Shown piece after piece: positions 38,040-39,069 of a DNA stretch of 39,069 bases (position 1 is its first letter; the number at the start of each line of letters is the position of its first letter). The position numbers were made by a program, and so were the translations under genes. The notes below the pieces were generated by a model, which saw only the letters and a program-made list of their open reading frames with translations, made no database searches and was not told the DNA's origin. The stretch is from NCBI GenBank assembly GCA_964501035.1, contig CAZCRK010000010.1, positions 1 through 39,069 of the forward strand. Direction: 5' to 3'.

Positions 38040-39069
38040 TAGTGAGATACCCCCACAACAATTGGCGCTGAATCTGTTGCAGTTTCACCAGTCGTAAAAT
38101 TCATGGTTTCAATATGCATAATATAGGTTCCTGGGGATACAATTTGTCCTAAGTGGTCACGTCCATCCCATGAGGATGAATTTTCATTATTTGTGACTAC
38201 ACCACCATCTGAATAATATTGATCAATCAATGATGTTATAAATTGTCCATTTAAATTATAAATTCTAACAATTACTCTCGAGTTTGATGAAAAAGAATAT
38301 GTAAAATCTAATCGTTCATCTAATGTTGGAATAATTATAAATGGAGCTGGAGAAATAGTTGTATCAACAGATTCATCGTTTTCAAATTCTCCTTCACCAT
38401 CAATCACTTCTAAAATTGAAATATCTTCTTCATATTCAACGACTACTTGCCAGTCACTGAAAATATCCAATTCATTGCCATTTCGACAATATACATCTAA
38501 TGTGCCCGATATTTGAATTATATACCTTCCAAAAGGACCTTCTGTGATGTCACTTAAACTAGTTTGTAAAATATCAAATCCATCTTGGTAAGAACTGCTC
38601 TCAGGCCAAACAACAAATGCAATCCTGTACCCATTGTCATCTTCTAATGTGAAGCTGTAAGGTCCGTTACTTCCTGTAATATCATAGAAATCTACAACAG
38701 TTCCAGTAATTGAAACTTGAGTATTAACCAAGGGACAATCTGCAGGGTTAGCTAAATCATAATTTCCATCACACGTAATTACATCAACCTCACAATTATT
38801 GATTATTGAAAGAAACGAAAGTGTACAACTCCCATCATCAATTTCAGCACTGGGGTCATAATTCGGAGCATAAGGGTCAGTACAACCCATTGATACTAGT
38901 GAAATAACCTCCCATGACTCCCTAAAGTTTTCACTGGTTTCGTCATGTCCAGATAATCCATTTCCGTCTGACAAGATTTCGTCTATTTCCTCTAAACTAG
39001 ATACTCTTGAAAAAGCATAATAGTCTTCATGAGATGTTTCAAAATACAATTGGTCTTCAGCTGGAGTAT
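38039..39069 (-). CDS. Large secreted protein, C-terminal part: Cys/Asp linker motif, OB-fold-like domain, FlgD-Ig/T9SS-CTD-like domain (5' end outside window)
   Basis: Frame stays open to the right edge (..TPAEDQLYFETS..). GCTDPYAPNYDPSAEIDDGSC; VSITGTVV...FTLEDDNG...IQISGTLDVY; VRIYNLNGQFITSL...WDGRDHLGQIVSPGTY. Confidence 0.72.
   Translation of the reverse strand, partial: TPAEDQLYFETSHEDYYAFSRVSSLEEIDEILSDGNGLSGHDETSENFRESWEVISLVSMGCTDPYAPNYDPSAEIDDGSCTLSFLSIINNCEVDVITCDGNYDLANPADCPLVNTQVSITGTVVDFYDITGSNGPYSFTLEDDNGYRIAFVVWPESSSYQDGFDILQTSLSDITEGPFGRYIIQISGTLDVYCRNGNELDIFSDWQVVVEYEEDISILEVIDGEGEFENDESVDTTISPAPFIIIPTLDERLDFTYSFSSNSRVIVRIYNLNGQFITSLIDQYYSDGGVVTNNENSSSWDGRDHLGQIVSPGTYIMHIETMNFTTGETATDSAPIVVGVSH

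Overview
AT-rich bacterial chromosome segment. The lpxC-fabZ fusion, PorV/FadL-like barrels and many secreted dockerin/FlgD-type proteins suggest an FCB-group organism, possibly Candidatus Marinimicrobia (inference). Left to right: (i) a PETase/cutinase-like hydrolase with a C-terminal dockerin, missing from the ORF track and running off the left edge; (ii) a umuD-umuC-SRAP mutagenesis cassette with a direct-repeat operator candidate; (iii) a secreted beta-helix/dockerin gene split by one in-frame TGA in a C-P-N-[TGA] context and followed by a SECIS-like hairpin, a candidate new CxxU selenoprotein; (iv) a P-loop kinase-like gene, an OM barrel and a K+ channel/cNMP-binding pair; (v) a housekeeping envelope cluster (fdx-mrp-uppS-bamA-skp-lpxD-lpxC/fabZ-lpxA-orf-dxr-rseP); (vi) rne/rng, rplU, rpmA; (vii) a TonB-dependent receptor and lipoprotein, the latter broken by a 100-N scaffold gap with a 55-bp duplicated overlap; (viii) a tightly coupled minus-strand run of at least 11 genes (25399 to beyond 39069). 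Its upstream part looks like an extracellular DNA capture and degradation locus: OB-fold/FlgD protein, PorV-like barrel, HhH barrel, FadL-like barrel, class C phosphatase and two EEP nucleases. No rRNA, tRNA, CRISPR array or transposase was recognised. All calls come from reading motifs by eye; no searches were run.
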